Of a DNA stretch of 64,000 nucleotides, positions 24,131 to 37,358 are shown piece by piece (within the stretch, counting starts at the first letter, position 1; each line of letters opens with the position of its first letter). The notes under the pieces are model-generated. The model was not told the origin of the DNA, did not search any database, and saw nothing but the letters and a program-made list of their open reading frames with translations. The translations under genes were made by a program, and so were the position numbers. Origin of the DNA: Okamejei kenojei (Eukaryota); contig CM069144.1 of NCBI GenBank assembly GCA_035221665.1, positions 48,298,001 to 48,362,000 on the forward strand, given 5' to 3'.

Positions 24131-27100
24131 AGGTATTGTGCACCCGTGACAGTCGCTCCTGATAAATTATTGCCGTCCGCATTTTCTTTCTTTTTCTCCC
24201 CTCTCCTTTTTTTTATATATATAATATGGAAAGAGGAGGAGGGAAAGGGGGTGGGAGAGAGAACAGAAGAAAACTCTTGTCTTCTTCGACTTCACAATTC
24301 AGTCACCCCTTGTCAGACTGTTTGAAATTCGTTAATGTGCCACAACTCCAGACTAGGAAAAAAAGCGGGCGGCTTCCTTTGTTGTTCAGTAGCTTTTTGA
24401 TCGCCGGTGAAAATTCACTTACCCAGATGAGTGAGCAAAAAGAGAAAGAACACTCTATTGAATTGGGTTAGGAAAATGCATATGTTTGGATTCAGTACAA
24501 ACATACAACACTCGGTTGTTTTCGAGACGAAACCCTTGATTAACCTGTCTTTCCACATGTAAAAGGCGATTGAAAACATCTTGCTTGGTCCTTTTTTTTT
24601 ACTATGGTGACGATGAATTGCTCTATACATATCTATAGGTCTTCACACAATCGCAGAATAGCTGGAAGTAAGGATTTCCCCCTTTATGTATAAAAAGTGG
24701 TGCGCTTTTCATTGATTGCGGACAATGAATGCGGAAATTGTTTATGCACATCGTCAGTAAAGGAAAATATAGCTTTTTACCACATCATCTTTTAGTTTAC
24801 ACTTTATGATCCGCTGCCCCAAATTTGTTAAAGTCTATTTACTGTGTCCCTGTAAAGTTTTTTTTTAAATGAGGCCAACGGTTTGCATATTCATTAAGTC
24901 TAATTACATTCAAGGAATATAAACGTAAAAAGCCAACAAAGAATCGGAATCGTTCAATTTACCTTTTGTTCACCACTTCAATGAACTTCCTTGAAGCTAA
25001 ACCTCCGAGTTAAAGTCTTATTTTATAACAAAGAGGTCTTACCGCATCCTTCAACTATTATCTCCGTTAGCAAACCATCACTTTGGAAGGGCACTGCTTT
25101 CAAATAGTTGTCTTGTTTCCCCCAATCTATGCTCTTTCCAATTCTGTTTTGTGATTACCCAGTTTACACGAACACGTTTGCACGCTTTTTTTTTCAAACA
25201 AACACTTTAAAAAAAAAGTATTCACTGTTAAAGTACAAGAGGTTAACTTCGAACAAAATATTTCGCGCGAAGGTAATGGAGTATGCGAAAGCCCGGCGTT
25301 TGATTGACCACCTTAGGACGTTATTCCGCAGCGAAGTTCTATAGATATTTTACAGTAGCGCTGTTGCTCAAGGAAACATGTTTATCATTACGGGGGTAGG
25401 AGCCTGACGACAATGTTCGCACTAAGAGCTTAAAGCAAAAACAAATTAAAATTCATGCCACTTGGGTTTCCAATTTACAACAATTTGAGGCTACGTGCTT
25501 ACTATGCTGAAAGCATGAGGCCGATGTGGGTATTGAATAGGGTATTAGTGTAATTTTAAGGTACTTTAATGGTCTAAAATTGCCTTATGAGAAGATACTA
25601 ATTGTGGTTAAACTGACTATTCTGGCCCCATATTTGTGCACAAAAAGAAATCTTATTTGTCTGCTTTGGTTGTGCACTGGATATCCTACGTTCTTAAAGA
25701 TTTAAGTAGAACATAATATTGTCTTGCTGGGTGATTACAATAGCTAGCCTCATAGCGTTACTTTAAATGATGCAATATACTGATAACATTGATATTAAAA
25801 TCACAGCAGTCTAGAAGCAGAAGCTGGAGCAATTTGATTCAAAAAGATTTACTGCTCATTGAGTGTGCAAATTCTAAAGGGACACTTTAGGAGTATGAAA
25901 AGTAAACGTTTCCCATAGCATTATCTTTAGACTACTTCTCCCAATATACAAAGAAGGACTGATTTTAAAATTTGAAGGATGATAGAAGTTATCAAGTGGG
26001 ATTTGCGGCGTTCTCCGCAGGAAACGCAGGCTGCTTGAGTTCAAAGCCGCATGCACCGACGTGACATATAAGCCATTAAAATATCATCCTGACGGCTCAT
26101 TTCTGCTTCATCATACATTCCCTAACTGCTTCCAGAAACCTTGAAAAGGCGAAATGAAGAATGACTACCTAGTTGCCGCTACAAAGTCGATTTTTTTTAA
26201 ACTTCAGTTACCTGAATTAAATGATCGAAGACATCTTCTTCAACAGGTGGCGGACGGTAAGAGAGGCACGTGTATTCAAGTGACTTATACTAAACGACTC
26301 CTGACCCCTGAATTTCCATCATCTTTCATGTAAATGCAATTGACTAAAAAGAGAATAGAGATATCAGTCAGATTTTTGTTTCCTCAGAATAGCCCTTGTC
26401 AGGAGCCATCATGTTCCAATAAAAGCAAAACTAGGTGCGAGTGGCTTTGAATTATGCATTTCCATTCGAAAGCACTTGTGTGTACCGATATTATCCCTCG
26501 GATTGTTTTCGGTCGATGGATAGCAAAGCATTTGGTTGTTCTATGAAGGGAGGAGCGGGGGTGGGGGGGGGGGGGGGGGGTATATGTCTGTAGACTGAAG
26601 TAATAGTTTACAAAAGGAATTGTTTTAACTTGATTCAAAATTCGATGTTTTCCATGAATTCAATTTAAAACTGAAATTTGATTTCTAATTTGAAGTTAAT
26701 CTTTCAATCGCTTATTTGCGACAAACATGTATTAACTGTTGCTCTCCTTAAAACGCAGCTACGCTCTTAAACCACACTCGCAACTAGAATTGTTTTGTGT
26801 TCCAATGTATGTTCTAGTAAGTGAGAGAGCTCTTCAACAATTGCGTCGGTCAACGCGTGTCATTTATCGGTGCTTTTCCTGCAAGCAAAACGGTTTAGAA
26901 TTCTAAGATAATTAACTGATAATTGCTTACTTGCTTCAAGCAAATAGTCCAAGTATTGGAATGGACATTGGAATTATTTCAAAGTTAATTTGAATGTTTC
27001 TGAGGCCGAATTTCTTCGAGTTGATCGTATTGTTTGATTCCTGAGCCAGTGTATTATCGTTTCGTTTATTATACTTATCTCTATTAAAACTGATTCAAAT

Positions 27101-30100
27101 GAAGTTAGTCAGTTGGTTTCTGCGCGCAAGGATAGCTCTGAAGTCGCCGACTTTTGAAATACCATATCGTTTGACCCATGACCCGTGACCGACCACATGT
27201 GCCAAAGCCACACAATGCCACATAATGTATACCTTCGAAAAATATTAGCTGTCCTAGAGCTAAAACGTCGAACTGGAAAACAATTGTTCAATATGGAATT
27301 GTTCTATATATAAAATGAATGCACATTGACGTTTTAATGTTTCCACACTAACATAAGGTATATCATAATAGTAGAAACAACAGGATTTTAGTCGTGGGCG
27401 CTTCTGTGATCTGCTTGCTATCTATTTGCTTTGTTTGAGAAAAAAAGACCAATAACCATGTAACCGGAAATATGTATGATTTGGACACCGGCACTAAACT
27501 AAAATGTCATCAAACCAAAGATAATTTCCAACTGGTATTTTGGTGATTTCTGGGTAAGGTCCAATATCATTTCAAATTGTTGTTTAAAATAACGTCCAGA
27601 AGCTGGAAGTTAGACAGATTTATTAGACTTTCGATAATGGACACGTTATTGAGATTTTCAGCAGATAGTTTTGTATTAAAATTGCAGCTATCAGAAGGTT
27701 GCCTGGGCTAGTTTAGGGGCGGGAAGCAGAACTTTGAAGGCCACCCTTGGCTTTACCCATTATCTGACTGCCTGCCTTGAAATCTGTGCATGGCATCAAC
27801 GTTGGAGGTGCGAAAAGTGTATTGGATAATTTGTCCATGCAGAGTTATTGCAATATTCTGGAATTATTTCTAGTATAGTTGCAATTAGACAGGAATTTCA
27901 CATTACGATATTCAAAGGGATTTTTTTTAATCCAATGCGGGATTGAAAAACAAAACAGGTCTTTATCACTTATTCTCTTTCCTTTTTTTCTTAATTTATT
28001 CTTCAGCTATGGATGCTGAAGGGTGCTCGAAGTCTTAAAAACTGGAGATTCTTGAATTACGAGAAGAGCGAGTTTGGTGTATTTGAACATAGAAAGGAAA
28101 CATAACTTTAGAAATCAGTGCGCTTTGTTGATGTCGATCTTTCATAGTTACCGAAAAATGACCTTAATGCACGACAAGGCGCAACATCCTTTTATGTTGC
28201 TCCCGAAAATTTACCAACAGTTTTGGAATACGAGTGAATGGAGGGGTAGACATTATGGAGAACATTGTAAGGATTATTCAACACTAAGATATTGAAATTA
28301 CGACACGAACTGCCTGAAATATACGTAGCAAATAAGATGTTATTAGGATTATTAGTATAAAGAACAAAATATACCTAAAATCATAACGGTATAAGCAATA
28401 TGCTATGATAACTAATTTATAGATAAATAATTTATTTGGGGGGAAAAATATGTGTATGCAATATGCATTTTACATTTGTAGCTTTTGAACTATTCAAAAC
28501 AAATGGAGTTTGCATTTCCTCTGCAATCATATCCACTGCGATACGAATGATGTAGCAGAAAATAATGGCATAAAGAAATTGAAAGGCAAACTGTAATTTC
28601 GCTGTGTATTATGTATTGTTAATATTATTTGCCGAATGAACACTTGTAGCCCTAAATGCATGCCCTATACGTTTAAACTTCACTTCTTTGTTGAAGCTTT
28701 TGTACCCGCAAAGTTATTTAGTAATATAAATATATATTTATCTGCAACATTGTTACAAAAAGTAACTACGATTGGACTTTTTATTTGGTTGTCAAAACAT
28801 CCCCATAGAGTTGCTGGTGCCTCCTTGGAGTAAAATGCATACTCACGGCGAAATATGACAATGAGCATTTTGCAGGTTAGTTACTTTTTTAATTGATACA
28901 CTTACACGTCTTTACACGTCTTTACTCGCCCCTACATACACTTGGAAAGAAATGACATCCAAAAAAACCACATATGTTGTAAAAATTATAGATATTCTCT
29001 CATAGTTTGTTTTAACTTCCTTTGAATTGACGTTCTTTACTTAAAACAATGACTGCCAGCTCTTGGATTATCTTCGGCATTGTTTAATACACGACGAACT
29101 CTGAACAAAACCAGTTCCAGTATCGGCGTGACATTTAGCATCATCGAATTTCTAACTTATATCAAAAATAGAAACCGAGCCACTAAGATGCAAGCTTGCA
29201 AAATGAATAATTCATAGAATTATAATTAATATAACTACAATTGAAACCGCGTGTTATACTAATCAAGGTATTTTTAAAAATCTTTCTATGGTATTATCGC
29301 GCTTTCAATGAAATACCAACAATAAACTAAATAGTAATTTGTTCATTTGATAAGCTGTTGACACAACATAATGTTGTCCTCATAACGCATGTCTGTCTGT
29401 CTGCTGCCTGNNNNNNNNNNNNNNNNNNNNNNNNNNNNNNNNNNNNNNNNNNNNNNNNNNNNNNNNNNNNNNNNNNNNNNNNNNNNNNNNNNNNNNNNNN
29501 NNNNNNNNNNNNNNNNNNNNNNNNNNNNNNNNNNNNNNNNNNNNNNNNNNNNNNNNNNNNNNNNNNNNNNNNNNNNNNNNNNNNNNNNNNNNNNNNNNNN
29601 NNNNNNNNNNNNNNNNNNNNNNNNNNNNNNNNNNNNNNNNNNNNNNNNNNNNNNNNNNNNNNNNNNNNNNNNNNNNNNNNNNNNNNNNNNNNNNNNNNNN
29701 NNNNNNNNNNNNNNNNNNNNNNNNNNNNNNNNNNNNNNNNNNNNNNNNNNNNNNNNNNNNNNNNNAAAAAGCCTAACTANNNNNNNNNNNNNNNNNNNNN
29801 NNNNNNNNNNNNNNNNNNNNNNNNNNNNNNNNNNNNNNNNNNNNNNNNNNNNNNNNNNNNNNNNNNNNNNNNNNNNNNNNNNNNNNNNNNNNNNNNNNNN
29901 NNNNNNNNNNNNNNNNNNNNNNNNNNNNNNNNNNNNNNNNNNNNNNNNNNNNNNNNNNNNCGTTTTCGACCTCTAGTCTGAATCGTGGTCATTTACATTG
30001 TTTTATGTCGTCGCTCACTGTATAAATTAGTGACAGTACATCCCGCAAGCAGCTGTTTGCTGTAGATCAATGTACCCTGCCTGAAAGTACCAGTATTAAT

Positions 30101-33100
30101 ATTTGACGACCATAGTATTGTAACGACAACCTTCGACCCAGTCTACGTAGATCCCATATTTTTCCATGACAGTTGCATTATTTTGTTCATTTACGGATAA
30201 TTTGAATATAATGTGATTTGGAAGAGTATATTAGACCAACTTTGGAGTGGAGCTTTGGTTTTCTTGGTGGGTTTCTATCTTCCTAAATATCGGCGTTACA
30301 GGTATCTACATAGAGATGTATAACCACAACCATAATTCTCCGATTTATTCCAGATAAAACTTTCCTGCATCACCACTATTTGACAATGATAATGTTAGCA
30401 AAACGCATTTTCGGACAAGTGTCACCAAGAATATTTTTTAGTGTAAAGTTAGCAGTAATTCGGCAACAACTTGAACGAGGAGATCTTTTCCTCCATAATT
30501 GCTCCGTGTTTGCAAAAAAAGAATGCAACGCACCACTAGTGGACGTGGTTACAGTTAAAGGTATAAGGACATTTTTCAGAACAATACAAAAATATATATC
30601 CTTCAAGTTGTAGACATTCATAGGCATCGATTCTCCAAATTTGGTATAAATGTGGAATACTTCAATATAATTCGCAAAAGAGTGCTGACATTAGTTGCTG
30701 AATTGCGATGACGATTTTAGACAAGGGAAGTATGGTATATCTTTAGATAGTATAACTTTCCTTACAAAGATACAATCGTAATGGTACAAGTTATCTGGTT
30801 TCTAGCTTCTTTCCATCGCTGCTTAATCAGTTCCAGTCATAAACTAATGGTGAGATATAGACTACGGTATCTATTCTCTGCGGTCAACGCAGCGGGTAAA
30901 TTAACTAATCACGTGTATCTGTTTCCGACATCGAAAAGTGTGTTGAATTCTCTCAAAATCGCGTATACTTTAGCATTTTATATGTAGTGTGTTTATATTG
31001 TAGCTACATTAAAAGTGCAACTAGTGATCTTAACTCTAATGAGAACTGTATAAGAGCTCCCATTTTTCTCTAGCATGGTGATAACCTGTTATTACATCCC
31101 AGCCTTCTTCAGAGAAACTAAAGCATATTTTGAAACAAATGCTTTCTTTCGTCTTTAAATACATCGAAAACAACTATACTCCCTCGATTCTGCATTGATA
31201 GCTTTTACTGTTTCAGTTATCAGAAGAAATGTATCATGATAATGTTTAACTGTTATTTTTTTTTAAAGTTGACGTCTGCAAAAAGACGCGTGAAAAGCAG
31301 ATATGGCGGAGATACTGATATATTGCTCAGGCAAAACCAAACAATGCAATCAATTGGTGCTGCTTGAAGATTATATTCAACAATATAATTAGCCAGACAA
31401 AAGTCTAAGACTTATTGGCACATGAAATTAATATCCTCAGTTACAAGGGGGTGGGGCCTGGATGTAGCATCGTATGTACGCCAAGTACAGAATAAACATC
31501 TCATTTTAAAATGCAGCAAAGGTAAAAAAGTAACTCTGCTTTCTGTATAAAGTGCACCACGCTGATGTTGCTAATTAACCGCGATGTATCTATCATTCAG
31601 TATGTTATAGTTGCTACTTTCTTTAATCTGGGATATTATTCTGGTTTTATTTAACATGGACAGTTTGCATATTTTAAACATAAAACATGTTATACCCGTC
31701 TTCATAATCAAACTTCTTTAATTAAATATTTGCAAAATGTATCTTGATAAGATAGAATGGCACGGAATTCCAACACCGCACATCACTAACGTAAACCACT
31801 CACAGCTTGAGTGTGCGCAGTCAATCCTAGCTATTAGACATACTATCCCATATTATGTTGCTTGTTAAAAATGCTGTCCAATGCTTCATGTTGCTCGATT
31901 TTAAGTTTTTGGGGGTGATTTAATGGACAACCTATTGCCCTTTGCCAGAAATATAATGGGTCCATTGTGTTTATTGGCAATATCAATCAGGATATCCTTA
32001 GATTATACCTTATGATTTAAACTGCAAACATGCACCAACTCACGCACTTGCAACAAGCTGAATTAAACTGTAGTAGAATGAAGAATTTCCTTCTTCATTA
32101 CGTTAAACGTTCAATGAGTGGGTTGAAAGAAAGGCGTATAATGCGTGGAATATTGGGACCCAAAATAGCGAGATTTTTCGCTACTTTTCATATCAAATTT
32201 GGTCAAAAAGGACATTAACACATTGCATCAAAATAACGCCACCACCGAGATGTTATCAAAAAATGTTATTTCCCTAATCTGTTCCCTTCCAATGCGTTCT
32301 TCGAAATACAATTTTGCGAGGAAATAATTAGGAATTTACATTGCTCAGTTGTATTTTAACTATGCGGAGTACCATGTCAATTTATTGCATTCCTCGTAGT
32401 GTTTTTTTTCCGCTGTTTTTCATACAACACAAAGGTATAATCAAAGTTCCTTGGCATCTCTGTTGGACTTCTTTCGTGTTGATCCTGTAGTCTACAGACC
32501 TGGAATTCTGAAATAATTTCCTGTTTATAATGGGGTACAGGAAGCTGTGAACTGCCGATCATAAGGAGGATATAAAATCCAGCTCGTTTTGTTATGTGAT
32601 GTTTTAATCACATTGGGAAACAATCTAATAAATGAATATAAGAGTAACATTCTAATTTCTAGACAATTTGGGGAAAATGTTGCACTTCTCTTCCAGAAAA
32701 GCAAATCTCACATAATTTAGCGATTTTTACATTTTATTTTTGAAATAAAACATATGATTGTGTGAAGGGATCAATTATATAACATAATAAAGTGAATTGC
32801 TGAATCACCTCAACCTTATTGTTAGGTATGAGTGCACGTCTCATCATATCTAATATATCCTATACTTAATGTAAAGAACAAAATGTTTCATCTGTCTAAA
32901 ATGCATTTATAATGTTGCATTAGTAACGTTAGCGAGGAGTATATCCCACTTTGACTATTTTTTTTATTTGAAAGTCTACCGTAATGGAATATTCTTACTG
33001 TCTAGTGCTTTTTACTTCAAAGACACGAAACAATACTGCAAAATTTGCAGCCCTCGATACTTTAGGTGTAATAGTGCATGCATACGTGGAATAACGTATC

Positions 33101-35974
33101 CACAGTGACAACGTGAACATGTTATTCAACATTATAATTTACTTGTATGTTTCTCGTATATTTACGTTTACGGAAACATTTATATATTGAAACATGCATA
33201 AGCAGTCTGTTCTTTTCTAGGAATTGACAATTGCTGCTGAAAAATTGCTCGGAAGACAGCAGGCAAACGGACACTAAGGTGGGGGCTCGATCAGGTAATG
33301 CGGACGCACATGTACAAATCCCATTTTAAGCCTGCAGTGTGAAGCCCTAGAGGCTAAGGTATAAACGTGTCAGCATTCACAGATCTACACTGCATCCTTC
33401 TCTGTTGCACAGCAGAGCTTTATTTGGGTGATAAATAAAAACACGCAAAAATCTATAGATTATTCACCCGCTTTGTGATTCCACCTGATGGTCAAAATAT
33501 GGTAGATGCAAATAGTCCGTGAATTAACAGAAATAAAAACGTCAACTATTGAAATATTTGCTGTTTATAAATATAAAGCATGCACCGTAGTGCAAGTATT
33601 ATTGCATGAGATATTCCAAAGCCTTTTAATACCCATATGTGAAATCATTGTTTGGCAGTGAATATGCGTTAATAACATTTTTTTTCTGAATTATCTTCCT
33701 GGCCCTCCTTGCGTTTTGAAGGTTAGTGTTTACAAATTGAGCAAATCTTTCATTATATTCAACATATTTGCCATGACTAAATAGAAATGTTTGAACAACT
33801 GTGTGATCTTTCTCCCCACCGCCATGCCTATATCCCTCCCCCACGTGTTCTCATCTGATCATACTTTTTAACCATTTTTTTCTTTCTTGATTCTCTGGAT
33901 ACATTCCCCACGCGTATAACGTTGCTTACGCCTTTTCTCCTTCTTATCTCACTCCCAGCTTAAATTTGGTATTTCTGTTTCTTCCCACCACCACCCCCGC
34001 CCCCACAAATTTCTCTCCACATTATAACTCCCACCTCCCTTTGAAAACCTACCTTTTTTTCTCTCTCTCTTGCACTGTAGGTCTGCTGTGTGCAGCAAGA
34101 CTGCAGCCTTCAAGCCCTGCCGTTGATCAGCTTAGAACGACGGCCTAAATCCACGGATATCGCAGCACTAGGTTTCCGTTCCCCTTTTGTACCCTTGGTG
34201 AATAATCTGAGGAGCCACAACGTACATGTTTGAGTTAGTAGCCCGTTTTGTCACCCTGGTCTTCTCTGAAAAATCAAAGTCTAAACTACTTTTCACTTAG
34301 ATGGCAGACGTCTGTACTCAAGGCGACGTACACAGACGATCTGCACTAAGAGCAAGTTACAGATGCAGACATAAGACTGTATGTTGGGGGAGGGATTGTA
34401 AGCAGCATTGCGTTCGGGTATTAGAATAAATATATGAAATCGTAAGGCTGATATGAAGACGGGAGATCGCTTTAAAAGTCTTTCATTCACGTGTGCCCGT
34501 GCAAAGATACAAGCACACGGTAATTTATCATCACGTTATCTTTCTGCGGGCCTCCCGCAACACGCTACACTTTACTTTCTTTTCCACCACAAGCGATGCG
34601 GGTTTCCTATTTGCGGATTACGCTGTGTGTAGCGGATCTCGAAGCACGGTCTGGGATCGCCTTCGCAAGCTGTAGTTTTGGAATTGGAAACACGTTTAGT
34701 TTTAAAACGAAACACGTTTGCTTCCATGTGAAGTAGGCAGTAATTCAAATCGCTTGCCAATCTGTAGAAAAACAGTACCGACCGGGGATTAAAAAAAAAA
34801 TACAACGCCTAAGAAAATAGAAGTATTCCCTCTCCCCCTCCCCCATCCCCACCTTCAAGTCTGATCCAACATCCTCCACCAAAAGCCAAACTTTCCCTGG
34901 ACTCTAGCTTACAGAATTACCAAGCCGGGACTGCGGGCAAGAGAACTCAGTAAGTTATTACATGCTGAGAAAGTTTCATACTCAGTCTCGGGAAGAAAAA
35001 AAAGTTAACAGATGCCTCTGACTGAGAATCTCTTTGATCGTCTGTGCCGCTAAGAACACCAGCCGTCTGATTTTGTCAAAAAAACATAACACGCCTGGCA
35101 GTCTGCGAGTGTCAGCAAAGATAAAAAATCACTAACTAATATCCGGCCGGAGTATAACAGGCCATAACCTCATTTTAAGGTTTAGTGCCGAACCTTCTTG
35201 CCCGCAAAAACTAAATTCTTGCATAAACCACAGGATCTGCTGTGGCTCAGTACAGCGGTGAGCGGGACACAGTGTTTGATGTTGCAAAACAGATACTGGT
35301 ATTTGACTGGCTCATACACCGGGTAAACTTTCCTACACGTCTAACTGTATATTTGTCCGTGAAACAAACACAGTTGTAACACCTCATATTATTTTTTAAA
35401 ATCCTGCAGCAACGCATAATCCCTGCTTTATTTGCCCTTTTAATCTCTCCAAAATAAAGTGAGATCCAGATTAATAATCAGCGCACATAATTTAATTTCA
35501 TAGTTGAGAATACTTTATATAGACTAGAATCTTAAATGCTTCCCAATTTATCGTTGGCGGAAGCTCCCGGCAACGACCAGATTTTAGCAAAAGTGAACAC
35601 AGAAAGGAGGTAACAAACGGCAAATATTCGCTATTTATAATATTTTCACACAAAAAACTCCCGCTCTGATCAACTTTTAAAGATGTACAGTGTTTGTTAT
35701 TCCCTTAGCTGATTACTCTTAAAAGAGCAGAAATAAGCGAAAACGGTTACAGATTTCTCTAATAAAATGAGTGTGTTTCAAGAAACTAGCAGAAAAATCC
35801 CACGCCCTTCAGCCAAAAAGATTTTTCCATGTTCCCATTCACCCCTCAACTCCCCCCCTCCCTCCCTTACCCATTGCCAGTGCCCTACCCTGCCCCCCAC
35901 CCCCTCCCCGCCACCCCATCAAACATCGGTCGGGTGTAATACGCATGTGTCCCGTCTGGGGTCCGTAACTGGCA

Positions 35975-36070
35975 CTGTCTATCATTGGGAACTCACCAAT
36001 GAGATGGCGTGTTGCTCGCGGAGCCCGACGGGCTACAAAGCTGTTCATGAATTTCAATTCAGTTTCTCAA
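35975..36070 (+). promoter_or_regulatory. zic4 proximal promoter
   Basis: Inverted CCAAT pair TCATTGG-n7-CCAATGA (35982-36002), YY1-like AGATGGCG (36002), TATA-like TACAAAG (36034) and Inr-like TCAGTT (36059-36064) ~27 bp downstream; about 150 bp before the ATG. Confidence 0.55.
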
Positions 36071-36211
36071 TGCTTCCTGCTGCTGCCATCCGTCTGCACT
36101 CTCTACACCGAATGGCTTTCCACGTTGGCAAAGGGCGAGTTTTCAAAGTTCGGTAACTTTTGAAAAAAAAAAGTTTCTTTTATTATTTTCCTGCAGTCAG
36201 GCATTATAAGC

Positions 36212-37358
36212 ATGGATGCTTTGGGGACTCCGATGGTGGACCCATCGTTCGCCAAGCGAAACCCAGCGCTGAGATTAGTAGACTTGGCAGGAGCGCACCA
36301 CCATCATCATCATCACCATCCCCCCCAGAGCATGACAGGCTTCCCGGGGCTCAGCGGCCATCCCCACTCAATGGCACACACGCACCCTGGGGAGAATACT
36401 GGAGAACCCCGCCTGGGGCCGAGTCCATTCGGGCCTGAACACATGGGGCACCCTGCAGCCGCCGCGGCACTTAAACTCAGCCCATCCCATCCCCATCACC
36501 ACCACCACCACCACCATCACCATCATATGGCAGGCCACGCTGATGTTGTCTCCAATCCAACGGCAGCGTATGGCCCAGCGCAGGCGGCAGCAGCAGTCAG
36601 TTATTCGGTCTCGCACTCTCACGCCAGCTATACTGCCCAGGCTATCTCGGCAGGTAGAGACTTCCTCATCCGCAGAGATCTGACATCCTCAGTCATGCCT
36701 GGCCTCACAGATCAATATCCTGGCACGAGTTCTCACCACGGAATGTTTGTATCAACAACAGGTAGCTATCCCGGACACCATGGTCACCCCGAGGCTGGAA
36801 ACCACTCTCTTTTCCCAGGACTCCATGATCAGACTCCCCATCCAGCCCCAACTGGACACCATCTGAACGGACAGTTAAGACTGGGGCTACCTGGAGATAT
36901 GTACGCCAGGTCTGAACACTACGGCCAAGTGGCAAGTTCCAGGAGTGATCCTTTTGCCTCTTCCCCTCTACATAGCTACGGTGGCATGAACCTAGCAGCC
37001 CACCACGGCCCAGGTGCTTTCTTTCGCTACATGAGGCAACCTATCAAGCAGGAACTGATCTGCAAGTGGACTGAGCCGGACCCTGTCACTAAAAAACCAT
37101 GCTCAAAAACTTTTAGCACGATGCACGAACTTGTTACTCACGTAACTGTGGAACACGTAGGGGGACCAGAGCAGTCGAACCATATCTGTTTCTGGGAAGA
37201 GTGTCCAAGAGAGGGAAAGCCTTTCAAAGCCAAATATAAACTTGTAAATCACATCAGAGTCCACACTGGCGAGAAACCATTTCCCTGCCCATTCCCCGGC
37301 TGCGGCAAAGTCTTTGCTCGATCAGAAAATCTCAAGATCCACAAAAGAACTCACACAG
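36212..37358 (+). CDS. zic4: Zic4 coding exon 1 (long His-rich N-terminus, ZF-NC, zinc fingers 1-3)
   Basis: [32 protein letters not shown] is the non-mammalian Zic4-type N-terminus. Also [26 protein letters not shown] and C2H2 fingers. Phase-1 donor CAG|GTCAGT; 1147 nt; head-to-head with zic1. Confidence 0.96.

Noticed and set aside
29358-29992. Long ORFs containing X runs (also near 12.5-13.0, 52.5-52.9 and 54.2-54.5 kb)
   Set aside because: They are artefacts of N gaps lacking stop codons.
36153-36196. Micro-intron in the zic4 5' UTR (GTAACT...CTGCAG)
   Set aside because: 44 nt is below the usual minimum size for vertebrate spliceosomal introns.
35767-36438. Upstream and overlapping ORFs around the zic4 start
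   Set aside because: They are low-complexity or alternative-frame translations of the promoter and exon 1, with no recognisable domain.
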